Assembly: GCA_001599295.1 (NCBI GenBank)
Contig: BCGN01000001.1
Location: 620,001-684,000, forward strand
From: Sporopachydermia quercuum
Lineage: Eukaryota
Length of the DNA stretch: 64,000 nt
Direction: 5' to 3'
Part shown: positions 13,457 to 25,170 of the stretch, in pieces
How positions within the stretch are numbered: position 1 is the first letter of the stretch
How the letters are laid out: each line of letters opens with the position of its first letter
Notes under the pieces: model-generated
What the model was told of the DNA's origin: nothing
Database searches by the model: none
Seen by the model: only the letters and a program-made list of their open reading frames with translations
Translations under genes and position numbers: made by a program

Positions 13457-15002
13457 ATGAATGGTTATAATGAACAACAACTAAATACTCAAGATCTAGC
13501 CAGATCTGTTAAGAATCTTGAAGCAATTGTTCAATTGTTACTTGAAAGAGAACAGAACAGAGAAAGGAGTGTATATCATCATGAGAATGGACCAACTGAT
13601 GATAACAACAATAATGGCAAGTCGCTACCGTCAGATAATGATGGTGACTTAATTATGGCAGATATAGAAGATCAAGATCAATTGGACATGATATCTAGTG
13701 TTCTATCTCAAAACAGGCAAAATAATACTACTTATATCCCACAGCAAGTCCAGGTATGTATTAAACAGTAATAATATCAAAATCTTTGCTACCAAGCTTC
13801 TGCTGGGAGGATCTCAGAAACTTTCCAACTATGAACAACTATTACTAACACATCTCACTCTCTTTAAGATGCCGATTAGTCCCAGAAAGGATCAAACGAA
13901 TCCTCAACCAAATGAACCAATAGTTATGGTTGTTGACACCAATTTCATACTATCTCATCCTCATATCCTTGACGGACTCAGGAGGTTACATAGTACATTT
14001 TACCATACACTGGTGATCCCTATTGTTGTAATCCATGAATTAGATGGACTGAAAAAAAGTGTTAAACCAACAGAAGTGTATGATCCAGATATTGGAAGAC
14101 TGGCAGTTAAATCTCTTGGGTTCATTGCCAGATTTGCAAATGACTGGATTTATAGGTCCTTAGCTGAAAATAGTAGTGCTGTGAGAGGTCAAACCATGGA
14201 AGAGGTAGTAGATCCTTTGAAACAAGGCGATGATGCCATTTTAGATTGTTTATTATATTTCTCACTGTATACAAGATCTTTAGCTGTTCTTTTATCTGAT
14301 GATAAGAACTTATGTTTAAAGGCATTAACTAATGGTATTCCCACAATATCATTCAGACAAAGCATGACAGCAAATCAAATAGCTGAAATGTGTTCACAGC
14401 AGTATCAGCTAGAAAGAAAGAAGCTAGAAGGAAAAACTCTCAAAAAAACTGTTACTTCTGAACCAGTGTTTACAGGCACTTCAACATCGCCACCACTTGG
14501 AGATCCTTTCACCTCTAATGACCATTACAACTCCAATGATTCATTATCAACAACAATGTCGGCAAAAGATGACTTCAAACCATTCAAAATAGTAGCCTTA
14601 ACAATATATGATGAAGTACACCAAGAGCTAATCAATTGTATTGATCAATGCATGCACCAAGCTTATGGTGAAGATGATACTTTGAGTTATTTAGGTTATG
14701 ATAAGAAAGAATTAGCTGATCTCAGCTCTACAGCAGAATGTATAATCAAATATTGGAATACAGTATTTGCTGATTATTTCCCACCGCATTTCCATCCAAG
14801 GCCTTTTAAACAACTACCTGGAAGAAAACATCAGAAGGAAGTTACTAATGTTAGTGTGCCAACAGATATGCAGGTTTTAAATGAGTTTGTTGACTTTTGG
14901 TCAAAGATACTGATACAATTAGGTAGTAATTTTGGTTTGAAGCAGAAGATTCAACAGGAGAGAAATAGATGGATTATTTTGATGAAGAAAGTTGTTGTAT
15001 AG
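13457..15002 (+). CDS. SWT1: PIN-domain RNA endonuclease Swt1; exons 13457-13753 and 13869-15002 (476 aa)
   Basis: PIN motifs VVDTNFILSH, VIHELDGLK, DDAILDC, LLSDDKNLCLKA; intron GTATGT...TACTAAC...AAG in phase 0; adjacent to RPS28 as in S. cerevisiae. Confidence 0.9.
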
Positions 15003-15212
15003 ATGGCTATTAATTGTAAATATCATGATATCGTGTTTGAAAAGTTATTTAGATGTGTTTAGTTAAGAATGCATTGACCCAGTGGTAATGGTATGAAGAA
15101 TGAGAGCTGACACTATAATTATTATTACTATTACTATCATTCATTGAATCCTTGTTTATAAAGCTGATACTGCATATAATACATATAATACATAATTGAT
15201 AACCATTACCCA

Positions 15213-17165
15213 TTAAAATTTTCTTGGTTTGAACGCTGGCTTACTAGTTTTGATTTGCTTAAGAATCCTCTTGTTCCTTTGCTCAAGATTGATCGCAAGA
15301 GACTTCTTAACTAGCTCACTAGTATTGGATGTACTAGAATTACCAGCAGATGAGTTGCTTGTAGAGTCTGTTGGTAGTTTACCAGAAGCACCATTTTTGT
15401 CGTGATTAGAAAAAATACCTTCTGATGAATGGTCTTCTTTTTCATTATGTGGTGTCTCAGTTGCACTGTTCTTTGATGAAGAGGATTTTTCAGACTGTTG
15501 AACCATTCGGATGTCATTAGTGCTAATACTATTAATATGATCATTGCCAATGTTATTGGATATATTTGAGACAGGATTTTGACGTCTGATGATACTCATT
15601 CTACGCTTCTTCTTAGGGGATGTTGATAACTCGCTGGAGCTTTGCGTTTCTAAGGTTGATTGTAAATCAGGTAATGTGGATGCTATTTCTGTTGATGATG
15701 ATGTTTCTGCTGAGGAAACAGTCTCAGACTCAACAGCATTTTTGTTCTCAATTGGTTCATCGATAGGTTTTGACTCTTGTAGAATGGATTCCAATGTGCC
15801 GCTGTCAGCAGAACTAGATGGTTTCTTTCTGCGTATGACGCCAAATTTTCTTGTCCTTGGCTGTTTTATTGGTTCGGTAACTTCTGGTTTACTTGTAGTA
15901 ATAACGGCGCTATTGACGGATGTTCTAAGGGACGGGTTTTCCATACTAGCAGTAGTAGATTCCAGCTCTTTGGGTCCTGCTAGTTTTTCCCACTTAGAAA
16001 CAACAGCTTTTGATCTTTTGATTTGTCCAATAGTTCTTCTTTTTTGTTCTGTTGATATAGAATTACGCTGATCGCCAGCGTTTCTCCCTGTCATAGAAGT
16101 TGCAGGAGGCAATTGATCTTTATGACTTTCCTGTACGTGCTTTTTATTTGTTTTTTCAGGTTGAGATGTTTCTCCCTCGGTATCTGTTATGTTATCACCA
16201 AATGAGGACAACCTGTTGCTTATGCCGTAAGTGTTGTGATTAGCTTTGGCAGTTGTTGTACTGTTTATGGTATTGTCGTCGATATTTACATCTTCGATAG
16301 TATTAGTAATATTGTTAGTACCATTACTCTCATTCTTATTTAGGGAGCTGAATAGACCCCATGATTGATTGAAAAGGGGTTTATCAAATAACTGTATTAT
16401 ATCGGTACAGCTATTGACTGAATCAAAGTGTGAGGACGATTCGAAATCAAGTCGACTGACAGAGAACTTCTCTAATCCTTGTAGGATCCTCTTTGAACGC
16501 GAATCTTTGTCCTTATATGATTTTTTCAGAGAATTCAACGTTTCTATTATATTCCCAACGCTTAGATCCGCTATATGCGATAATAAAGCCTTTATAGCTG
16601 CGTCCTTATTAGATATTACTTCTAGTAAATGTTTCAATAGACCATCAATACAAAACTCAGAAAATTCGAATATCCGAAAAAATGTCTGCTGCAGTAATAC
16701 AGAAGACTCGTTCAATGGTAATTTCATGCAATTGAATACCCAGTTTAGCTTCAAGTCATTTGATGTTGTTGATGTTGTGTTTAGGTTACTGCTATCAGTT
16801 CCATGTCTATTACTACTGTCATTAGCGATTATAGTATACTCTAATTGAACTTGAAGCTCAGTTCTATCAAAATTGAACAGAAAATCGACTTGCTGTTGAC
16901 TTGTTTGCTTTCCCGATACTAAATTTTGGTATACATCTGTAAAGTATGAAAATAGCAAGTGAACTTGGCTTATATCGTCCTCCAAGTCAAGAAGCCCGTT
17001 TGATGCGTTCATTTTCTCTATTAACTGTTGTTTATTCGATCTCTCTTTCCATACGTAACAGAAATCGGTAAACAGAACTTCGTATAGTTGTTCCTTTGAG
17101 TTGAAGTCATATCTCAGGAACAATGCTAGCCCATTTTCAAGTGATAGTGGTGCCCATTGTGTCAT
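15213..17165 (-). CDS. NEJ1: XLF/Cernunnos-family NHEJ factor Nej1
   Basis: XLF head pattern W..LSL...YEVLFTDFCYVWKE, coiled coil ISNKDAAIKAL, long disordered tail ending in a basic-Phe motif (KPRKF); position and orientation match NEJ1 next to RPS28B in S. cerevisiae. Confidence 0.85.
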   Translation of the reverse strand: MTQWAPLSLENGLALFLRYDFNSKEQLYEVLFTDFCYVWKERSNKQQLIEKMNASNGLLDLEDDISQVHLLFSYFTDVYQNLVSGKQTSQQQVDFLFNFDRTELQVQLEYTIIANDSSNRHGTDSSNLNTTSTTSNDLKLNWVFNCMKLPLNESSVLLQQTFFRIFEFSEFCIDGLLKHLLEVISNKDAAIKALLSHIADLSVGNIIETLNSLKKSYKDKDSRSKRILQGLEKFSVSRLDFESSSHFDSVNSCTDIIQLFDKPLFNQSWGLFSSLNKNESNGTNNITNTIEDVNIDDNTINSTTTAKANHNTYGISNRLSSFGDNITDTEGETSQPEKTNKKHVQESHKDQLPPATSMTGRNAGDQRNSISTEQKRRTIGQIKRSKAVVSKWEKLAGPKELESTTASMENPSLRTSVNSAVITTSKPEVTEPIKQPRTRKFGVIRRKKPSSSADSGTLESILQESKPIDEPIENKNAVESETVSSAETSSSTEIASTLPDLQSTLETQSSSELSTSPKKKRRMSIIRRQNPVSNISNNIGNDHINSISTNDIRMVQQSEKSSSSKNSATETPHNEKEDHSSEGIFSNHDKNGASGKLPTDSTSNSSAGNSSTSNTSELVKKSLAINLEQRNKRILKQIKTSKPAFKPRKF

Positions 17166-18339
17166 ATTGAATCTAGTGTGTATGATTTACTTGTTGATAA
17201 GCAGATGAGAAATGCAATCATTCGATGTTCAGCAGTAGCTTTCAGCCTGTTCTAAATGACTCAGAGCATCAAAAAAATCGTTTATACCTCAATGATGATT
17301 CCTGCTTCTTCAAGAAATATTAATGAGCAATATTAATCAATTGCGAATACAACATGAGCCGAAGGATGAAGACTAATGGAGCATCGTGCTGATTACTACT
17401 CTTACATGCACGAGTAGACTTGATTTGATAAATATATCACAATACTCTATCTACTATAGAAATTGGCTAAGAAAAGTGAATTCAATCAATCAGAACTGAG
17501 AGAGAAAGAGTTGATTGAGTCTGGTTACGAATTGTAATGATAATTTGATTACTATTTTACTCAGTGCAGAGAGCATTTATGCCCAAATCTCAGCTTTGAA
17601 GAAGCTGATTTAGCATGAAAGAACAAGCATTCATATAGTTCGTATTTATGTGGTTATGGATTTCAGAAGCTATTATGCATATGTTATCAATCCTATTAAT
17701 TTATTTACCACGAGCATAATTTTGAGTTCTTCCTCTACATATATATGCATAAACCTTACTGGACTATTTTCCTTTACCACAAAGATGACATAGTCAACTA
17801 AATAAGTATTAGTATGTAGTACCATTAATTGCGTACACATTGACACTCTACACTTGCGAAGAAAAATTGATTCAAAGGCACTTAAACTCCCTTCTCCCAT
17901 TCAATTCTACATCTTCTACCACGGAAAAATAACTCTCACCATTAGTAATTTATTAATGCTGCAACTTATAATAAGCCGAAAGTTTTTCCCAAGCTCATCT
18001 ACAAACTGCCCAGTACCCCCTTCTCTCACATCATGTCTCACTTTAGACTGTCGTACAGTCTGACAGTCAAATTCTGGAGTATTTGTACGCATGAAACTTA
18101 GACGCTTATCCAACCGAGAAAAGGCTTTTCCCTTGAAAAGACTCATTGCTATGAGAAAAAAAAAGCTGAATGGATTGCAGAGCTTAAAAGTTTGATCAGA
18201 GTAGAATTTTGTTAATATTTAGACACCCTTCTCCTAGTAGTCAATATTTGTTGATCTTGAAAAGGAAACACCGAGATCTGATCAAGCTGATTTAGTAGTT
18301 AGTTTCAACTAAAGTTTTTGGCTGTATTAGTTTTGATTT

Positions 18340-18346
18340 TGACTCA
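18340..18346. promoter_or_regulatory. Gcn4/AP-1 site upstream of ARG8
   Basis: Perfect TGACTCA about 185 nt before the ARG8 ATG, with a TTAGTCA variant at ~18368; arginine biosynthesis genes are established Gcn4 targets. Confidence 0.55.
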
Positions 18347-18530
18347 TAAGAAGGAACAAACTGTCTATTAGTCACTTAGTTTATTTAAACCAAAAAGGTT
18401 CGATTCGTTGATATATAAAAAGGTAGATTTTACCGCGAAGGAAAACCAGGGTTTACAGGTGCAGAATTGTATATAAACTTGTCTTCTTTTCTTCTTAACA
18501 CAGACATATTGACAATTGTTTCTATACGCA

Positions 18531-19907
18531 ATGTTGAGAAATACATTCAAAACCAACGGCTTAGTGCTTGATCAAAGATGGGTGCTAAACAGATTAGCTA
18601 GAAGCTCAGTTTGCAGTAAGATGAGCTATTCTACTAAACCTGAAGTCCAGGTTGTTTCCGATCCTGATACTTCGAGTCATTCTGGTGAATTTATTGCAAA
18701 TCAACTGAACTACATTGCACCTACATATGTTAGACCTAGCCAAGTTCTTGAGAAAGGTAAAGGATCATTGCTTTGGGATCTCGAAGGCAGAAGATACATT
18801 GACTTTACTGCTGGTATTGCTGTGACTGCTTTAGGTCACTCGCACGAAGAGATTGCTAAAATCATGTATGATCAAGCAACGAAGTTGGTTCATACTAGCA
18901 ATCTTTACTATAATCTATGGAACGGTGAATTAAGTAAATCCTTGATTGAAGGTACTAAAGCTAGTGGTGGTATGTACAATGCTTCTAAAGTATTTCTAGC
19001 TAATTCAGGAACCGAGGCAAATGAGGCTGCTTTAAAGATTGCTCGTAAATGGGGTCATAATCATGATCCTACAGGAGAAAAAATCGAGATCGTTACTTTC
19101 AAACACTCATTCCACGGAAGAAGTCTAGGAGCACTTTCTGTTACTAGTAATGCAAAGTATCAAAAGCCCTTTACTCCTTTACTTCCTGGTATTAAAACTG
19201 CCGAAATCAATAATATTGAATCAGTGAAACAAGTAATTTCTGAAAAGACATGTGGTGTTATTATTGAACCTATTCAAGGTGAAGGTGGTATTTTTGAATG
19301 CTCTGTTGACTTTCTAACTCAATTGAAGCAATTGTGTGAAGAAAACAATGCTATCTTGATTCACGATGAAATCCAGTGCGGTTTAGGTAGAAGTGGTAAA
19401 TTATGGGCTCATAGTTATCTACCAAAGGAAGCTCATCCTGATGTTCTTACTATGGCTAAAGCTTTGGGTAACGGATTCCCTATTGGTGCTACTATGTACA
19501 ACGAAAAACTCCATGAAGTTTTACAACCTGGTGATCACGGTACTACCTACGGTGGTAATCCTTTAGGTAGTAGAATTGGCTCTTTTGTTTTAAGCCAAAT
19601 ATCTAACGGTTCATTTTTGAAGGCAGTTGAAGAAAAATCAGAGAGATTTAAGGCTCAGTTGAAAGCTATACAAGAATTGTATCCTGAACTCATTATTGAT
19701 GTCAGAGGTAAAGGTTTACTATTAGGAATTCAATTCAAAGAAGCTCCTGATCAAGTTGTTGCTGAAGCTCGTCATAGAGGATTGTTTATCATCACTGCTG
19801 GTAACAATACTATCAGATTTGTTCCTGCTTTGAATATTGAAGATGAACTAATTGACGAAGGTATGGAAATTTTCAAGGAGAGTGTCAAAGCTGCTTTCAA
19901 CAAATAA
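18531..19907 (+). CDS. ARG8: Acetylornithine aminotransferase, mitochondrial
   Basis: DFTAGIAVTALGH, NSGTEANEAALK, DEIQCGLGRSG, MAKALGNGFPIGA, HGTTYGGNPL; R/S-rich presequence starting at ATG 18531. Confidence 0.96.
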   Translation: MLRNTFKTNGLVLDQRWVLNRLARSSVCSKMSYSTKPEVQVVSDPDTSSHSGEFIANQLNYIAPTYVRPSQVLEKGKGSLLWDLEGRRYIDFTAGIAVTALGHSHEEIAKIMYDQATKLVHTSNLYYNLWNGELSKSLIEGTKASGGMYNASKVFLANSGTEANEAALKIARKWGHNHDPTGEKIEIVTFKHSFHGRSLGALSVTSNAKYQKPFTPLLPGIKTAEINNIESVKQVISEKTCGVIIEPIQGEGGIFECSVDFLTQLKQLCEENNAILIHDEIQCGLGRSGKLWAHSYLPKEAHPDVLTMAKALGNGFPIGATMYNEKLHEVLQPGDHGTTYGGNPLGSRIGSFVLSQISNGSFLKAVEEKSERFKAQLKAIQELYPELIIDVRGKGLLLGIQFKEAPDQVVAEARHRGLFIITAGNNTIRFVPALNIEDELIDEGMEIFKESVKAAFNK

Positions 19908-20776
19908 ACTAGTAGAAAGTCCAGTTTCTGGGGCGTACATTAAGAGAAGGATAGAGAGATAGACATTCAGGAGAAATGAACGAGGAAAATGAATGATTGA
20001 AAACAATTTTATATTCATGTAATAAGCTGGGAGGAACGTTTTTGATGTATAAGACATTCGCAACGATATTGTCAAGCTAAGTCCGAGCTTGTATGTTTTG
20101 TCAATCGCTGTAGATTTACTGAATGCTTTTTTTTGATATTGATTAAACAGATCTTGTGGTGGGATCATCAACCGTTCTGGCTATGCAAGTAAATAGCTGT
20201 TGTACTGACTTACCCCAAAAACATCTAGCTAGTCTAAATTGCTACCACTTTTCAGTGCTGCAACTANCTGATTTATTTGCCTGAAACGAACATTAATTTT
20301 TCTGAATTTAACGCTCTTTACAACTCTCTACCAAACAACCATCGTAACATCTTAATTGGTAAAACATTCACTCTATAGACGTTTTTCTTCAATGTGACCA
20401 ATATAATGATGATGATTGATCATCACATAATCAAAAAATCCAAGTCCAATATTGGGTGGTAAGATTTACTGCTACGACACATGTGACACTTTAAGTGTTC
20501 ATCTACCTGCTTCCCCCTTTTTGCATGCCACAATCATTTCTTATTCTTCCTGGTTCTTGGCTTTTTTGTATCATTTCTTTTCCATCATCCTCCTCTTCTT
20601 AAAATGATTAATTACATGCTTGTATATTGACTTAATGAAATCAATGCAATATTGTACTAATAAAGCAAAGTCGAATAAGGCCTATTGTATTTCTTGGAAT
20701 AACGATCAATTATCTACTACTTTGTAAACTTAAGATTGAGATCAGACGATTTGAAACGCCATTTCTAATACCAACA

Positions 20777-21643
20777 ATGAAAATCACCAACATTCTTTCT
20801 GTATGTTTGTTAGCACAACTAGCGGCAGCCAAAATTGTTGGTCAACCAAATAATATCCTAGAAGATGAAGATGTTGCAAAGCTACATTTGTCAAAAAGGA
20901 AAGTTGTAGGAACAGAAAAAATCATTGATGATGAGGATTTGGCAAGATTGCATTTGAACAAGAGAAAAATAGTCGGCGAAGATAAAAGTGTCCTTGATGA
21001 CGAAGATATTGCTAAAATACATTTAAATAAGAGAAACCTGGTTCTTGAAAACATAGGAGAATTTATTGCTAATTTTGATCTCTTGCATGGAATCAAAGAA
21101 CAAGAGTCTGAGCCTCGCGAGGATAACTTATTGCTAGAATCCAGTTTAGCAGTTGATCCAGCTATCACTATATTTTCACGATACACTAGAAATGATGATT
21201 CTCTCACAACCAGATTTAATGAACGTTCAATTGACTCTTTGATTTTTGCTCCTTCTGACGATGCAGTCGAGAACTTAGATTGGAAGCCATGGAGTTTCCC
21301 TATCGCTATTTCTTCGTCTATGTCAGAACAAGAACAAGATGAAGCAATTGAAGAGAATATCAAACATTTTGTTGCTGAACATGTTGTTTTAGATTTCAAC
21401 TACAACAGCTTGAAGAGCGATTTAATTGGTTCAGGATCAGAAGAGTTCGTTTTCAGTTCAGAAACTGGTAGAACTCTTGTTTTAAGAAAGAGAGAAGGTA
21501 GCGAATCAAAATATGAGGTAGTAGCAATGAACCTCAAAGGCACAGAACAAGAACAAGTACTTAATGTCTTAAAATTCACATTAGCAGACAATGGTCTTAT
21601 TCTTGTTATTGATGGTAGTATTGCTCTTCCTTTATTCGAATAA
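20777..21643 (+). CDS. Secreted/vacuolar FAS1 (fasciclin) domain protein, YDR262W-like, with a three-repeat pro-region
   Basis: Signal peptide MKITNILSVCLLAQLAAA; FAS1 motifs IFSRYTR, IFAPSDDAV...KPWSFP, FVAEHVV, ADNGLILVIDG. Confidence 0.85.
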   Translation: MKITNILSVCLLAQLAAAKIVGQPNNILEDEDVAKLHLSKRKVVGTEKIIDDEDLARLHLNKRKIVGEDKSVLDDEDIAKIHLNKRNLVLENIGEFIANFDLLHGIKEQESEPREDNLLLESSLAVDPAITIFSRYTRNDDSLTTRFNERSIDSLIFAPSDDAVENLDWKPWSFPIAISSSMSEQEQDEAIEENIKHFVAEHVVLDFNYNSLKSDLIGSGSEEFVFSSETGRTLVLRKREGSESKYEVVAMNLKGTEQEQVLNVLKFTLADNGLILVIDGSIALPLFE

Positions 21644-22073
21644 TCGACGGTAGAAATGATTCTACCGAGGGTGAATTATTTTATAGTAGCAATTAGTTTA
21701 GGGGGTTGCAATGAGTATTTGGTTAAAGGTTTGGAATATCGTCAATGGATTTTTTATTACTAGTTTTATTTTTATTATTATTATTATTGTTTGTCTCTTT
21801 AGTGGGAAATATTGTTTACTTCAAGCGTAACAGCTGAATGAATTACTATTCTATACTTGAATGTTGTAGTTGGGAAGATCACAATTATGCAAGACAATCA
21901 TGGAGTAGATTAATGGAGTTCAATACATTTTTGTTTCATCGGGTATTCTGGTATATAAAATCGCATACCAATTTCTTCCCTGCCCTATTTTGGTAGTTCC
22001 CAAGAATACCCATATTCTAACTGAAATGATTCATTGATATTGACATTAAACTATATATTAGATACTTAATCAC

Positions 22074-23852
22074 TTAGACGCGACCCATATTAGCGCTATT
22101 GAACCTCCTCTCTTCTTCTTCATTTCTTAACCTTGCCTCTTCTCCTATTTTATTCCAATCAGCTTTTAAAGATATCCAGCTTTCACTTGAACCAATTAGA
22201 GCTAAGCCTGTTCCTATTCCTATCCAGAGGCCATATAGCTCCATATGGAAAGAAAATCCCAATATCAGACTCAGCGGTATGGCTAATAGATAATATACAC
22301 CTAGATTGATGTATCCACCAATTTTCTGTAAACCCTGAGCTCTAAGACATCCAGCAGCAACAGCGTTCAGTCCATCGAATATCTGAATAACTGCGACTAA
22401 TGGGAACAGAGTCATTACAGCTTTTATGACTTCTGGGTCAGAAGAAAACAATGTAGCTATTTGTTCTCTGAATGCTAATAAGAACAGACAGTTGAATGAG
22501 GAAACAATAAAAGAACCAGCAATGCCTACCTTCGTTGCTAGTTTCGCTGCTGAAAAATTTCCTGATCCTACATAGTTAGCTATTCTTGTAGATGCAGCTA
22601 TACCAAGAGCAAAAGGTATTTGATATGTTAATGACGCAGAAGTTGCTACAACGCTTTGGGTAGCTAATGCAACAGTACCAAAATATGAAGCTACCAATGT
22701 AAGAATTTCATAAGCTAAAAATTCTGCTTCGACCATAATAACTCCAGGTATAGCTAATCTAAGTAGAGGTAACCAATTGGTGAAACAGCTCTTCATATTT
22801 AGTCCGCCCCAGCACTGTTTCCCGTCAATGAATACAACATATGCCAGGAGAATCAACGCCATTAGCCAGAAATTTATACATACAGCTATAGGAGCTCCTA
22901 AATAGCCCATGCCAAATCTAGAATCCCAGACTAAAAAGAAAGATAGAAATATATTCAATGGAGCACATATAAGTAAAGTATACGTTCCCGCTTGAAAAAT
23001 GCCTTGAGCTTGAACAAATCGTTTACCTGTTTCAAAAAGAATGTACCCCGGAGCACCAAACACTAAAGTTTGAAGATATCTTGAAGCTAAGAGAACTAAG
23101 GATTCTTCTGGAACTACCAGAGAGAGGAAATAATATGAATACCACCAGAATAATGCAATGGGTATGTAACATATCAAAGCGATAACAGAGCACTTCTGAA
23201 AATATGCTCCTACTAATACTAAATTTCCCGAGCCATAAGCTTGAGCACATAGAGTATCCAAAGAAGTACCCATGCCTTGGAAAAAGGCAAATCCTGTAAT
23301 ATTGGCTGTCATGGAAGCCAACGAGATAGCAGCAAGTTCAGTTTTACCAAGATGGCCGACAGCAAAAATAGAAGAGACTGTAAGAGAATTCTGTAGTAAA
23401 AATGTGATGATCAGAGGGATGGAGGATTGAGTAATTTTAGCAACTTCTGTTTTAACGTTAACCAGCTCTGGTTCTTTGTTGTAAATCTCACTCAGACATT
23501 CGTCTAAGGAGTCTAAAACTGCTTGAGGAGAGTTTTCAGAAGTTCCATATGATAATTTTGATTTGTGGCTCGGTGAAGGCAACAACGAAGATCCAGCAGC
23601 ATTTTGATCCTGACTTTGACGTGGAGAGAGCAAAGGATCAGTGTCAGAAATAGTTCTATGAATGGGCAAGGGATCGTTCGAAGTTTGGGGTAATACAGTA
23701 AGATCAGGAGGTATAAAAAGCTCTGGTAAAGGAGCAGAAGCTGAATTGATCAAGCCAGATTTACCAAGAGAGCCAAATACTATTGACGTTCTCCTAGGAA
23801 CTTGACTTGAAATTTTTATTGCATTGGCAATTTTATTATCAGACAAGGACAT
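22074..23852 (-). CDS. MATE-family transporter (Erc1/YDR338C-like)
   Basis: VGHLGKTELAAISLASMTANITG, LDTLCAQAYG, ASTRIANYVG, GCLRAQGLQKIGG; about 12 TM segments. Confidence 0.93.
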   Translation of the reverse strand: MSLSDNKIANAIKISSQVPRRTSIVFGSLGKSGLINSASAPLPELFIPPDLTVLPQTSNDPLPIHRTISDTDPLLSPRQSQDQNAAGSSLLPSPSHKSKLSYGTSENSPQAVLDSLDECLSEIYNKEPELVNVKTEVAKITQSSIPLIITFLLQNSLTVSSIFAVGHLGKTELAAISLASMTANITGFAFFQGMGTSLDTLCAQAYGSGNLVLVGAYFQKCSVIALICYIPIALFWWYSYYFLSLVVPEESLVLLASRYLQTLVFGAPGYILFETGKRFVQAQGIFQAGTYTLLICAPLNIFLSFFLVWDSRFGMGYLGAPIAVCINFWLMALILLAYVVFIDGKQCWGGLNMKSCFTNWLPLLRLAIPGVIMVEAEFLAYEILTLVASYFGTVALATQSVVATSASLTYQIPFALGIAASTRIANYVGSGNFSAAKLATKVGIAGSFIVSSFNCLFLLAFREQIATLFSSDPEVIKAVMTLFPLVAVIQIFDGLNAVAAGCLRAQGLQKIGGYINLGVYYLLAIPLSLILGFSFHMELYGLWIGIGTGLALIGSSESWISLKADWNKIGEEARLRNEEEERRFNSANMGRV

Positions 23853-25170
23853 TGTATATTGTGTTTGATGAGCCGGCCATCCAGAGGGAGAAATTCAATT
23901 ATCAGAATAATTGCAATTGCTATCAGTTCCGTACAATGCTAAAAGATGAGCAGCTATCAATCTTGCAATAGGAATTATATGAATTCATTAACCCTATGAA
24001 AAGAGAATTGATAAATCATAGCAGGATGGATATGTGTATAGTATAAGTACTTAGCTACTTCAAATATAAATAATTCAGTACTAGCTATCCCTTGATTCTT
24101 GATTGATAAGAAGTGGTNGAAATTTTTTTTGAGGATGCACGGAGCCAATCCTAGCCAGTTTCATACATCGAAATACTTATCAGTTTACTTACCTTACCTC
24201 CTTACCTTCTTTACTTATTGATGCTGTCAAACTGAATTAAAGGGAGATACAAATTGAAGAGTTGAATGCGTCAAGTAGAAATGTGAAGTATAGTTAGATC
24301 AGGTAGAGATTAAGTTTACTGATAAGCACCAACAAGAAAGAAAAGAATAAAATAAATTAAAGTAAAAAGGAAGCTGTGGGATCGGTGTGCGTCGGAAGAA
24401 TACCTCCATGCCCAAAAAAGAATTAAAGTTGAGGATTAGTGGAATGCTTGAACTAAGTTTGAACTAAACTATCAGTTTTTTTTTGAAGTATTAACTTTGG
24501 TGATTAGACAGGAGTCCGAAAGGAGCAAATAATGAAGCCATTCTCGCAACTGAGTTCCTATTAAGGAATATAAGGGAGTTTAGTTTACGATGTGAGGGTG
24601 AATAAGAAACAATATTGTCTATTTATTAATGATGAATACTGCATTATTGAATCCATATACAAGTAAGTTAGTAAAACATAAGTTAGTTCAAATTAGTTTT
24701 AACGATACCAGTATATTAATTGTCTATCGTGATGGTGGTCTTGATGGATGGTAGATCTCAGATGAATTCTAAGGATACAACTACTCTGACATGTCTTGAG
24801 TGTCTCTGGGGATCCCGTTTCTATTGGTCATCCACAAAACAGTGGTAGTTCAAATAAAATTAAATCAATTATTGATGCTTGTTTTGGTACTAATATTCAT
24901 TTTGTATGTAATGATGAAGCTATCAAACGAAAGAACATTCATTTGACTAACGTTCAGGTAAATAAATGCTTTTCAATTGCTGTGTAACACGTGAATTGTG
25001 CGAAGAGATAGAATCAAGTCACTAGTAACAAAAGTAGAGCATTTCATCTGATTCATTTATGTTAATTCCACATTCCATATGGTTATAAAATCAAAGTATT
25101 CAATAAATCAGCACTTGTTTATGTCAAGTATCCATAATTTGGTTTTCATTCATGTCATTCATTCGTTACT

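Noticed and set aside
17673..18146. Short ORFs between NEJ1 and ARG8
   Set aside because: 69-76 aa, mutually overlapping, no recognisable motif, and located in a divergent promoter.
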